DNA of 64,000 bases from NCBI GenBank assembly GCA_049625185.1, contig JBMZUZ010000007.1, forward strand, positions 32,704 through 96,703, in the 5' to 3' direction. The notes below the pieces were generated by a model. That model was given only the letters and a program-made list of their open reading frames with translations. It was not told where the DNA came from and searched no databases. This DNA is from Pseudomonadales bacterium. Its GTDB lineage: Bacteria; Pseudomonadota; Gammaproteobacteria; Pseudomonadales; Balneatricaceae. This document shows positions 9,901-18,352 of this stretch, piece by piece. The position numbers were made by a program, and so were the translations under genes. The first letter of the stretch is position 1. The number at the start of each line of letters is the position of its first letter.

Positions 9901-11702
9901 TTATAGGGGCGGGCATTAATAACCTTTACCCCCATATGCTCCAAAATAGGCAACACATCCGACAAGGTTTTTGCTTGGCCTATACCAAAGACTTTAAAAT
10001 GTAGATAATCTGAGTCTTTTTGCTGGGTTTCATATAGATGAGTAACCAACGGGTTTGCTGCTGTTAACTGCTGCAAAGACGCAAGGTCCTCAAAAGCAAC
10101 GTCAACTTTATAGTTTTCCTGATAGGCGAGGGGGAAGGCATGCTCATATTGCCGCCATAATTGACTACCCTCGCGATAACCTAGTTGGCTTTGCAAGGTG
10201 TCAAGAAGATGATCTTGCCAAGACAGCATTACTTGGCGCATATTTTGTTCAAGTTCATCGGTGTTCGTTTCCACATCATACATATGGGAGCCATGTATGG
10301 TGATATGCACCCTTGCCATTGTCTGGTCGCCAAAAAACACACTAAACTCAGAACTATTTCCATTAAAAGTCTGCATCAGAATATCTTGTAGTTGCATACG
10401 CAATTTAGTGTGGAAACGCTCTCGGGGCACGTATACCAATGCGGTTACAAACCGACCATATTTATCAGTCCGGATAAACAGCCTTAAATTATTGCGTTCG
10501 TGGGTTTCCACTATGCCTTGGACTATGGGTAATAGTTCAGGGGTTGGCGCCTGAAGCATTTCGTCACGAGGGTAATGGTTAAGTATATGTTCTAGAGATT
10601 TGCCCTTATGGCTGGTAGGTAGAACATGTATGCCTTGCTTAATTTCTTTTACTTTATGCCGTAGGATGGGAATATCACTTACTTTTGCTATATAGGCAGC
10701 AGAAGAATAAAGACCAAAAAAGCGATGTTCACCAATAACATGGCCGTGCTTATCAAACTGCTTAACGCCCAAGTAGTCGAATTTGACCGGCCTTTGCACA
10801 CTTGAGCGACTAGTGGACTTAGTGATAACCAGCATTTGTTGTTGCTTGGCTAGCTCAGCTTGATAAGGACTAAGTTGAGAGGGCTGTAGCTGTTGTGTAC
10901 TGCTATAATCGGCGCGAAAAAGCCCTAGCCCACTAGTGCTATCAGGCACGACAAAGCATTCATTCTGTTGTTGTTGAAGCTCGTAATAGCGATAGCCCAT
11001 AAAGGTAAAGTTATTATCTTTAGCCCAGCGTAAAAAAGCCATATTTTCTGCTTTAATATAATCTTCAATGGGTAGCTTCTGAGCATCAAATTGATCAATT
11101 AAGCCAAGCATAATATTGCGCATAGGATGCCAATCATCGACTACGAGACGGACGTCATTCATCACTTCTAACAAGCGCTTATGCATCGTTTCGATTTCTT
11201 TAGGCTCGATAATATGGTCAATTTCAAACCGCATAACGGCTTCTAAATGAAGTTCTTCTGGGTCCCCTGAAAAGGGACTGATGCTTGTGATTTGTCCTTT
11301 AGGGCCGCGCTCTATAGCGAGCACCGGATGGGTGGTGATGTGAATAGAGTAGCCCAATAAGACCAGAGCATTGGTGATAGAGGACACCATAAAAGGACGG
11401 TCTTTGCAGATAATATCGATGACAGTATGGGGGCTTGCCCAGCCATGCTTTGCAAGACTAGGGTGGTAGATAAAAACCTTATCTTCATCGGCTTGACGTT
11501 GATAAATATGTTTCCACAGAGAGCTTATAGCCCCCAATAAGTGTTCCTGTGAACATTGTAAGAATTCTTTGGGGATGCTTTCAGCAAAATAAAGCTTAGC
11601 GAGATCTTGGCGCTGTTGACTGTAATCTTGATCAAACTTTGTCCCAATTGCTTGGCATAGTTTGCTGATTGCGGCTTGCTTTTGCTGGCTCTGGTTTCGC
11701 AT
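6909..11702 (-). CDS. gdhB: Large NAD-specific glutamate dehydrogenase (about 180 kDa GdhB class)
   Basis: About 1597 aa from ATG 11702 (AGGAG 7 nt upstream); the track start at 11756 adds 18 aa. The size and the central catalytic region ([40 protein letters not shown]) are typical of the Bac_GDH family. Confidence 0.9.
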   Translation of the reverse strand: [1597 protein letters not shown]

Positions 11703-11898
11703 ATTTGGCTCCTGTTGTGGTCGTGCCGATTGCGGAATGGTAAAAATCATTATCAAACAATAAAAAGGTAGTCGCTAGCCTTCAACTTCAGCTACTGCGA
11801 CCAAAACCTGCTCCCTTAGGACAAATGCTTCTATCTAGGCTTGAGCATAGGCTTATTGCATGCTTCTATGCGTTACGTAAACTTTATGGGTTAGTTTT

Positions 11899-12498
11899 AT
11901 GGAAATTTTATCAGCAGCAACGTTGCTTTTCTTGGTAATGGATCCACTAGGAAATATTCCATTATTTTTGTCAATTCTAAAAACCGTTCCAGAACAACGC
12001 CGGACATGGGTTTTGCGCAGAGAACTGCTGATTGCCTATGGCGTATTGATAGTATTCTTATTGATTGGCCCCTATGTGCTCAATTTCTTGCAGTTGTCCA
12101 AAGAGGCCATCAGTATTGGCGGTGGTATCGTCTTATTTTTGATTGCGCTAAAAATGATTTTCCCCACAGAGCATGGACTATTGGGCAAGGCTCATAAAGG
12201 TGAGCCATTAGTGGTGCCTTTAGCTATTCCAATGGTGGCAGGGCCATCCTGTTTAGCGATGATAATGCTAATGCGTGAGCAAGCAGCAGGTGACTGGCTG
12301 GGTATGTGGTTGGCTATATCGCTTGCTTGGGTTTTGTGTGCGTCTATTTTATTGGCCTCTAAATTCTTTTTTAAAATATTGGGTGAACGAGGTCTAGCCG
12401 CCATAGAGCGTTTGATGGGTATGGTACTGATCATTATGTCGGTGCAGATGTTATTAGAAGGTGTGGCCCAATACTTACAATTAGGACCTTCGGCCTAA
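11899..12498 (+). CDS. MarC-family (UPF0056) integral membrane protein
   Basis: 199 aa, multi-TM. The N-terminus LVMDPLGNIPLFLSIL is the characteristic MarC/YhgN motif. Confidence 0.8.
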   Translation: MEILSAATLLFLVMDPLGNIPLFLSILKTVPEQRRTWVLRRELLIAYGVLIVFLLIGPYVLNFLQLSKEAISIGGGIVLFLIALKMIFPTEHGLLGKAHKGEPLVVPLAIPMVAGPSCLAMIMLMREQAAGDWLGMWLAISLAWVLCASILLASKFFFKILGERGLAAIERLMGMVLIIMSVQMLLEGVAQYLQLGPSA

Positions 12499-12627
12499 GC
12501 GCCCCAAAATGGGGCAAATACAGTATATAGGGTCGTTTTCTGATAGGCCTAATTGCAACCATTGGTTCATAGTGTCGCTCATTGATGCTTGGTTATGTGT
12601 TGCAGGCAATTTAAAGATGGTAGAAGT

Positions 12628-14019
12628 ATGAGTTTAAGTGTATTTGATTTAATGAAGGTGGGTATTGGCCCTTCCAGTTCTCATACCGTTGGCCCTATGC
12701 GAGCGGCGGTAACCTTTGTTAAGCAATTACAAGATCAGGGCTTAGTGTCTCAGGTAACGCGAATTGAAACCGAGTTATATGGTTCTCTGGGAGCGACTGG
12801 TAAGGGTCATGATAGTGATATTGCGGTAGTTTTGGGGCTGTTAGGCGAGAGTCCTGAAACTGTTGAGCCGCGTGCGGTAAAACCGTTATTAGACAAGGTA
12901 GCGAAAAACGGCCAATTACCCCTTGGCGGCACAGATCATATTATTGCCTTTCAGCAAGCAAGTGATGTTATTTTGAATATGGATGAATCTTTGCCATATC
13001 ATCCTAATGGCATGACTTTGCGGGCTTTCGCTGCGGACCAAACATTGCTCTTAGCCCTAACCTACTACTCCATAGGTGGTGGCTTTGTCGTCGATGAGGC
13101 GGCAGCAATGGCTGATACCCTGCCTGTGCATGATGATATGCCGCTGGTACCTTACCCCTTTAGTTCGGGTATGGAGTTGCTTGCCCACTGTGATGCGACA
13201 GGCATGAGCATTAGTCAAATCATAATGGAAAATGAAAAGACTTGGCGTACGGAAGATGAAATTAGAGCTGGGCTTCTGCATATGTGGCAAGTTATGCAGG
13301 ATTGCGTTAATAATGGTTGTCATGCAGAAGGCGTTTTACCCGGTGGTCTGAATGTCAAAAGACGGGCAGCCGAGCTTTATGGCCGTTTAAACTCCCTCGG
13401 TTCTATTAAGGTAATCACTCCCCAATTGTCGGCTATGGACTGGGTTAATCTTTATGCCATGGCGGTTAATGAAGAAAATGCTGCTGGGGGGCGTATTGTC
13501 ACTGCTCCAACTAATGGTGCTGCCGGAGTCATGCCTGCAGTGATGCATTATTATGCTAATTTTTATCCTGGTGCCAACGATGATGGCATTATCAAGTTTA
13601 TGTTGGCCGCAGCTGCCGTTGGTATTTTATGTAAACTGAATGCGTCAATTTCTGGGGCTGAAGTTGGTTGTCAGGGCGAAGTGGGAAGTGCCTGTGCTAT
13701 GGCGGCGGCTGGCTTGGCAGAGGTAATTGGCGGTACTCCTATGCAAGTAGAAAATGCTGCAGAAATTGGCATGGAACATAATCTAGGCCTTACCTGTGAC
13801 CCTATCGCTGGTCTGGTGCAAGTACCTTGCATTGAGCGTAATGCGATGGCTGCTATTAAGGCTATTAATGCGGCGCATATGGCTTTACGAGGTGATGGTG
13901 AGCATCTGGTATCCCTCGATGATGTTATTAAGACTATGCGTGATACCGGAGCCGATATGCAGGAAAAATACAAAGAGACATCCCGTGGTGGTCTGGCAGT
14001 TAACGTTATCAACTGTTAA
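12628..14019 (+). CDS. sdaA: L-serine ammonia-lyase (L-serine dehydratase, Fe-S type)
   Basis: It starts [24 protein letters not shown], the canonical SdaA N-terminus, at ATG 12628. About 463 aa. The track start at 12589 is an upstream extension. Confidence 0.92.
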   Translation: MSLSVFDLMKVGIGPSSSHTVGPMRAAVTFVKQLQDQGLVSQVTRIETELYGSLGATGKGHDSDIAVVLGLLGESPETVEPRAVKPLLDKVAKNGQLPLGGTDHIIAFQQASDVILNMDESLPYHPNGMTLRAFAADQTLLLALTYYSIGGGFVVDEAAAMADTLPVHDDMPLVPYPFSSGMELLAHCDATGMSISQIIMENEKTWRTEDEIRAGLLHMWQVMQDCVNNGCHAEGVLPGGLNVKRRAAELYGRLNSLGSIKVITPQLSAMDWVNLYAMAVNEENAAGGRIVTAPTNGAAGVMPAVMHYYANFYPGANDDGIIKFMLAAAAVGILCKLNASISGAEVGCQGEVGSACAMAAAGLAEVIGGTPMQVENAAEIGMEHNLGLTCDPIAGLVQVPCIERNAMAAIKAINAAHMALRGDGEHLVSLDDVIKTMRDTGADMQEKYKETSRGGLAVNVINC

Positions 14020-14065
14020 GCGCACCCCATAAATTTATCTACGGAAAAAACCAAACAGCTTGCTG

Positions 14066-14090
14066 AGGCTAGTAAATAGATTGCTAGCCT
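14066..14090 (+). terminator. Possible sdaA terminator hairpin (weak T-tract)
   Basis: AGGCTAG-taaatagattg-CTAGCCT is a perfect 7-bp stem 47 nt after the sdaA stop. It is followed by tggttctt, which is only T-poor. Confidence 0.3.
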
Positions 14091-14215
14091 TGGTTCTTGA
14101 AAGTCTCCCAAGCGTGTATACTTAACGACTATATAAACGCAGTGTTAAACATGCCCTTGCGTGCCTTAGCATAAGGTCTAAACAGGTTCTGGTGTCCTCA
14201 AAGTGGATATTTGTT

Positions 14216-14812
14216 GTGAAGAAAAAAGTCGTACTTGCTAGTGGTAATGCTGGCAAACTAGCCGAATTTGGTCAGAACTTGGCACCCTTGGATATTGAGC
14301 TTATCCCGCAAAGTAAGTTTGTTGCTGTTGAAGCTGAAGAAACAGGTTTAAGCTTTGTGGAAAATGCCATTATCAAAGCCCGCCATGCTTGTGCGGCATC
14401 AGGATTACCCGCTTTGGCAGATGATTCTGGCCTAGAAGTAGATTATTTGCTGGGTAAGCCAGGTATTTACTCCTCGCGCTTTGCTGGTGAAGATGGCCCC
14501 CATAAGGACGCAGCCAATAACGCTAAATTGCTGCAAGCCTTAACAGAAGTCGAGTGGCCAGAGCGGACGGCGCGTTTTCAGTGTGTATTGGTGTATATGC
14601 GCCATGCTAATGATCCAGTGCCCTTGATTTGCCAAGCTGCTTGGGAAGGGCATATTTTACCTCAGGCCCAAGGCGAGGCAGGCTTTGGCTATGACCCTTT
14701 ATTTGCCGTTGCTGGCACACATTCCAGTGCTGCGCAGCTTAGCAAAGCAGAAAAAATGGCTATTAGCCATCGTGGGCAGGCACTGAAAAAACTAATAGCA
14801 GCCCTAACATAA
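14216..14812 (+). CDS. rdgB: dITP/XTP pyrophosphatase (RdgB/HAM1 family)
   Basis: VVLASGNAGKLAEF N-terminus and the FGYDPLF motif. GTG 14216 gives MKKKVVLASGN; GTG 14192 (the track start) is an alternative. Confidence 0.88.
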   Translation: MKKKVVLASGNAGKLAEFGQNLAPLDIELIPQSKFVAVEAEETGLSFVENAIIKARHACAASGLPALADDSGLEVDYLLGKPGIYSSRFAGEDGPHKDAANNAKLLQALTEVEWPERTARFQCVLVYMRHANDPVPLICQAAWEGHILPQAQGEAGFGYDPLFAVAGTHSSAAQLSKAEKMAISHRGQALKKLIAALT

Positions 14813-14813
14813 G

Positions 14814-15974
14814 ATGACCCAAGCTTCCTCTCCAACTTTGCAGTTGCCCCCATTAAGCTTATATATCCATATACCTTGGTGCCTGCAAAAATGCCCTTAT
14901 TGTGACTTTAATTCCCATGCTTTGGGAACAGAATCGGTGCCTGAGCAGGCTTATGTAGAAAAACTTTTGGCTGACTTGGCCATAGAACAGGTTTGGGCAC
15001 AAGACCGTCCTTTGCAGAGTATCTTTATTGGTGGTGGTACACCGAGTTTGTTTTCTGCTGAAGCCATTGGGCAACTATTACATGGTGTCCGCCAACAATT
15101 GACATGTGTGCCAGATATGGAAGTTACCCTAGAAGCCAATCCGGGGACTTTTGAGGTGGAGCGTTTTGCTGGCTTTAGGGAGGCGGGTGTTAACCGACTA
15201 TCAGTTGGTGTACAAAGCTTTGATGATTCGTCTCTGCAGCGCCTTGGGCGGGTGCATAATGCTGGGCAAGCAAAAACAGCTATTAGGGCAGCAAAAGACC
15301 TTGGCTTTGCCCATATAAATGTCGATATTATGCATGGTCTACCTGACCAGACACTAGGCATGGCGCAAGCTGATCTGGAGCAGGCTATCGATTTGGCAAC
15401 AGATCATTTGTCATGGTATCAGCTAACCCTAGAGCCCAATACCTTATTCCATAGTCAACCACCCGTATTGCCTAATGAAGATACCTTGGTGGATATTCAG
15501 GATACTGGGCAGGCGTTGCTTCAAGCAGCAGGTTTTCAGCAATATGAAATATCTGCTTGGTGCCAGCCAGGCAATGCTGCCCAACATAACCTTAATTATT
15601 GGCAATTTGGCGATTATCTTGGTATCGGTGCTGGTGCCCATGGCAAGGTGTCTAGCATACAAGATGGTAATCTGGTCATATCGCGGCGGGTAAAACTGCG
15701 CCAGCCCAAAGCTTATTTACAAAGTGTTCAACCCTTAGCCAGTCATACCACCGTTGCTGATGAAGATTTGCCCTTAGAGTTTTTTATGAATGTGCTACGT
15801 TTACGTGAAGGCGTTGCTGAGCACTTATATGCCCAGCGTACCGGTTTAAAATTAACGGATGTAGAACCTTTGAGTCGCCTACGGCAACGGCAGTTAATGG
15901 TTGCCGAGGGACTGCAAACTACGCCATTTGGGTGGCGCTTTTTAAATGAGGTATTGGCTGACTTTGAACTTTAG
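14814..15974 (+). CDS. hemW: Radical SAM heme chaperone HemW (coproporphyrinogen III oxidase-like, YggW)
   Basis: CxxxCxxC motif (CLQKCPYCDF) and the GGGTPS motif. 386 aa. It sits immediately after rdgB, which is conserved synteny. Confidence 0.88.
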   Translation: MTQASSPTLQLPPLSLYIHIPWCLQKCPYCDFNSHALGTESVPEQAYVEKLLADLAIEQVWAQDRPLQSIFIGGGTPSLFSAEAIGQLLHGVRQQLTCVPDMEVTLEANPGTFEVERFAGFREAGVNRLSVGVQSFDDSSLQRLGRVHNAGQAKTAIRAAKDLGFAHINVDIMHGLPDQTLGMAQADLEQAIDLATDHLSWYQLTLEPNTLFHSQPPVLPNEDTLVDIQDTGQALLQAAGFQQYEISAWCQPGNAAQHNLNYWQFGDYLGIGAGAHGKVSSIQDGNLVISRRVKLRQPKAYLQSVQPLASHTTVADEDLPLEFFMNVLRLREGVAEHLYAQRTGLKLTDVEPLSRLRQRQLMVAEGLQTTPFGWRFLNEVLADFEL

Positions 15975-15978
15975 TTAG

Positions 15979-16431
15979 CTACTTTGTCTGCTCAATATAA
16001 AAGGTTTGGCTAAACTTGAGCGGGATGGCGGGTTTTTGTGGATCCGGTTGAATACGAATATCAAATTGCCATAGTTCCGCCTCACTAAAGCGCAACTCGG
16101 CAATATAGTAGATGGCACCGGGCTCCACAACGGGTTTAAATTCAAGAGGGTAAATTTGCCCAACAAGATTCTTGCGTTGGCCTGAAACCAGAGCCATTAA
16201 CGGTTTTTTATCCTTACTATCTAGTACGGATATATTCAATAGCGCCCGATTACGGGCTCGGGTAAAGCCCAAGGCTTGGGCTGTTTCTGGGGTCACCATC
16301 ATGGTGTTAAAAGCATTGTAATGAATTTGGTAGTCAGTGGTTTCCAGAAATTGTGCAGCTTGAATCAGGCTGCTAGCCAAAATAGTAAAACTAGTGATGG
16401 CTGTAACTAACAGGGCGCGTGTAAACGACAT
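15979..16431 (-). CDS. Secreted DUF4426-like protein
   Basis: 150 aa with a signal peptide (…ILASSLIQA-AQ). Its position between hemW and yggT matches where DUF4426 genes sit in Pseudomonas-type genomes. The family assignment is from memory only. Confidence 0.55.
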   Translation of the reverse strand: MSFTRALLVTAITSFTILASSLIQAAQFLETTDYQIHYNAFNTMMVTPETAQALGFTRARNRALLNISVLDSKDKKPLMALVSGQRKNLVGQIYPLEFKPVVEPGAIYYIAELRFSEAELWQFDIRIQPDPQKPAIPLKFSQTFYIEQTK

Positions 16432-16574
16432 AGGTAGCTCAGAGATGGTAAAATAGTATGGGTATTTTGCTTGATATGTTGGCCTATTGGCAAGACTAGC
16501 ATTTAACCTTGGTGATGGTTATGAGAAACTAGCCTTCATTATTCGCATTATTCTTTAAAGTTGAGTGTTATTAC

Positions 16575-17156
16575 ATGCAGCAAGCCCCGATTTTCTTAGT
16601 ACAAACTTTATTGGGTTTGTATATTACGATTTTGCTAATTCGTTTTTTATTACAACTGGCGCAAGCTGATTTCTATAATCCAATTTCTCAGGCGTTGGTG
16701 AAAATCACCCAACCGGTAGTGAGCCCATTACAAAAGCTCGTTCCTTCTCTAGGCCGCATAAGCCTCCCAACACTGATAGTGGCTATTGTTATACAGGCTA
16801 TTCTTATTGCCCTAGTATTTATGTTGTCTGGGTTTGGTTGGCCAGCGCTAATTAGTGCGCTTATTTGGAGTGTCATTGGCTTAGCTTCACAGCTTTTGGA
16901 TATTCTTTTCTATGCGATATTGGCGGGCATCATCATCAGTTGGGTAGCGCCAAAAAGCTACCACCCTGGTGTGCTCTTGGTGCAACAGATTACTGAGCCA
17001 TTTATGGCACCAGTGCGACGCCTACTGCCTACTCCTGGAGGCTTAGATTTTTCACCTATTGTGGTGTTTATATTGATTAAGTTGATGGAAATGATGGTTA
17101 TATACCCCTTGGCCCAGTCTTATGGTTTGCCAAGAGGATTAATAGCGGGTCTATAG
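16575..17156 (+). CDS. yggT: YggT-family membrane protein
   Basis: 193 aa with two YGGT-like hydrophobic repeats (LIRFLLQL… and ISWVAP…). Confidence 0.8.
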   Translation: MQQAPIFLVQTLLGLYITILLIRFLLQLAQADFYNPISQALVKITQPVVSPLQKLVPSLGRISLPTLIVAIVIQAILIALVFMLSGFGWPALISALIWSVIGLASQLLDILFYAILAGIIISWVAPKSYHPGVLLVQQITEPFMAPVRRLLPTPGGLDFSPIVVFILIKLMEMMVIYPLAQSYGLPRGLIAGL

Positions 17157-17200
17157 TTGCATAGGCGTTGCTAATTGAATGACTATTAAGATGGTGAGTT

Positions 17201-17449
17201 ATGAGTAAACAAGAATTCAACTTTGAAGCTTCTTTGCAGCAACTAGAACAGTTGGTGCAACAAATGGAACAGGGTAAGTTGTCCCTGGAAGAATCTATGC
17301 AAGCCTTTGAAAAAGGCGTTGCCTTAACCCGAGAATGCCAACAAGCCTTGGATAAAGCGGAACAAAAGGTGCAATTGCTTATGCAAGACGCAAACGGTGA
17401 GTTGGAAGCACAACCTTTCGCCTCTCAGGCAGATGTTGATGGCCAATAA
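17201..17449 (+). CDS. xseB: Exodeoxyribonuclease VII small subunit
   Basis: 82 aa. [39 protein letters not shown] is the canonical XseB coiled coil. Confidence 0.92.
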   Translation: MSKQEFNFEASLQQLEQLVQQMEQGKLSLEESMQAFEKGVALTRECQQALDKAEQKVQLLMQDANGELEAQPFASQADVDGQ

Positions 17450-18347
17450 GGACCAGAATAGCGTGTCAGGTGCCGTATTTTTACAAGCTGCCCAGACCCG
17501 CGTTGAGGCTAGTCTTGAACAAGCTATTGCGCAGTGCCAAGCGAGCCCAGTGTTGGCTGATGCAATGGCTTATAGCTGTTTAGGAGGTGGTAAGCGTATT
17601 CGTGCCGCACTCGTTTATGCCGCCGCTTATGCCTGTCAAGTAGAAACGAAACAGTTAGATCAAATTGCGGCAGCGGTTGAAGCCATGCATGCCTATTCAC
17701 TTATTCACGATGACTTACCGGCTATGGATGATGATGACTTACGCCGTGGTAAGCCCACTAACCATATCGCCTTCGACGAAGCGACAGCCATTCTGGCAGG
17801 TGACGCCCTGCAAAGCTTAGCATTTGAGTTATTGGCAATCTGTGACGATGATATCAACCCTCAGCAGATCCTGAGGATGGTGCAAGTTATGGCTCAGGCT
17901 GCCGGTGCTAAGGGTATGGTTGCTGGGCAAATGTTGGATATGGCTGCCGAACAAGAGGCCATAGATTTGCCGGCCCTAGAACGCCTCCATAATCATAAAA
18001 CGGGTGCTTTGATATCAGCCAGTATTCAGTTAGGTGCCATGGCTGGGGGTGATGTCACTCCACAACAGTTGGCAGCTTTGCAAACCTATGGTGAGGCTGT
18101 TGGTTTGGCCTTTCAGGTACAAGATGATATCCTCGATATTGAAAGTGATTCTGATACCTTGGGTAAATCACAAGGCGCTGACTTGGCTCGCGGTAAGTCT
18201 ACATATCCTGCTTTATTAGGCATGGAGTCGGCCAAGAGCTTAGCTCAGGAATTACTGCAAAAAGCCTTGGATAGCTTGGATGTTTTTGCCGAGCGGGCTG
18301 TCTATTTAGAGTATCTGGCGCATTTAATTGTAACGCGTAAGAGCTAA
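17433..18347 (+). CDS. ispA: Farnesyl diphosphate synthase
   Basis: FARM motif [19 protein letters not shown] and SARM motif FQVQDDILD. The likely start is ATG 17433 (or 17439), overlapping the xseB stop. The track start at 17397 lies deep inside xseB. Confidence 0.9.
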   Translation: MLMANKDQNSVSGAVFLQAAQTRVEASLEQAIAQCQASPVLADAMAYSCLGGGKRIRAALVYAAAYACQVETKQLDQIAAAVEAMHAYSLIHDDLPAMDDDDLRRGKPTNHIAFDEATAILAGDALQSLAFELLAICDDDINPQQILRMVQVMAQAAGAKGMVAGQMLDMAAEQEAIDLPALERLHNHKTGALISASIQLGAMAGGDVTPQQLAALQTYGEAVGLAFQVQDDILDIESDSDTLGKSQGADLARGKSTYPALLGMESAKSLAQELLQKALDSLDVFAERAVYLEYLAHLIVTRKS

Positions 18348-18352
18348 TCCTT

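Noticed and set aside
14951-15361. 136-aa minus-strand ORF inside hemW; likewise 13671-14012 inside sdaA, 10261-10554 and 8522-8812 inside gdhB, and 54810-55112 inside the thiolase gene
   Set aside because: All lie fully within strongly supported genes on the opposite strand or in another frame. They lack ribosome-binding sites I could see and have compositionally odd translations, so they are treated as shadow ORFs.
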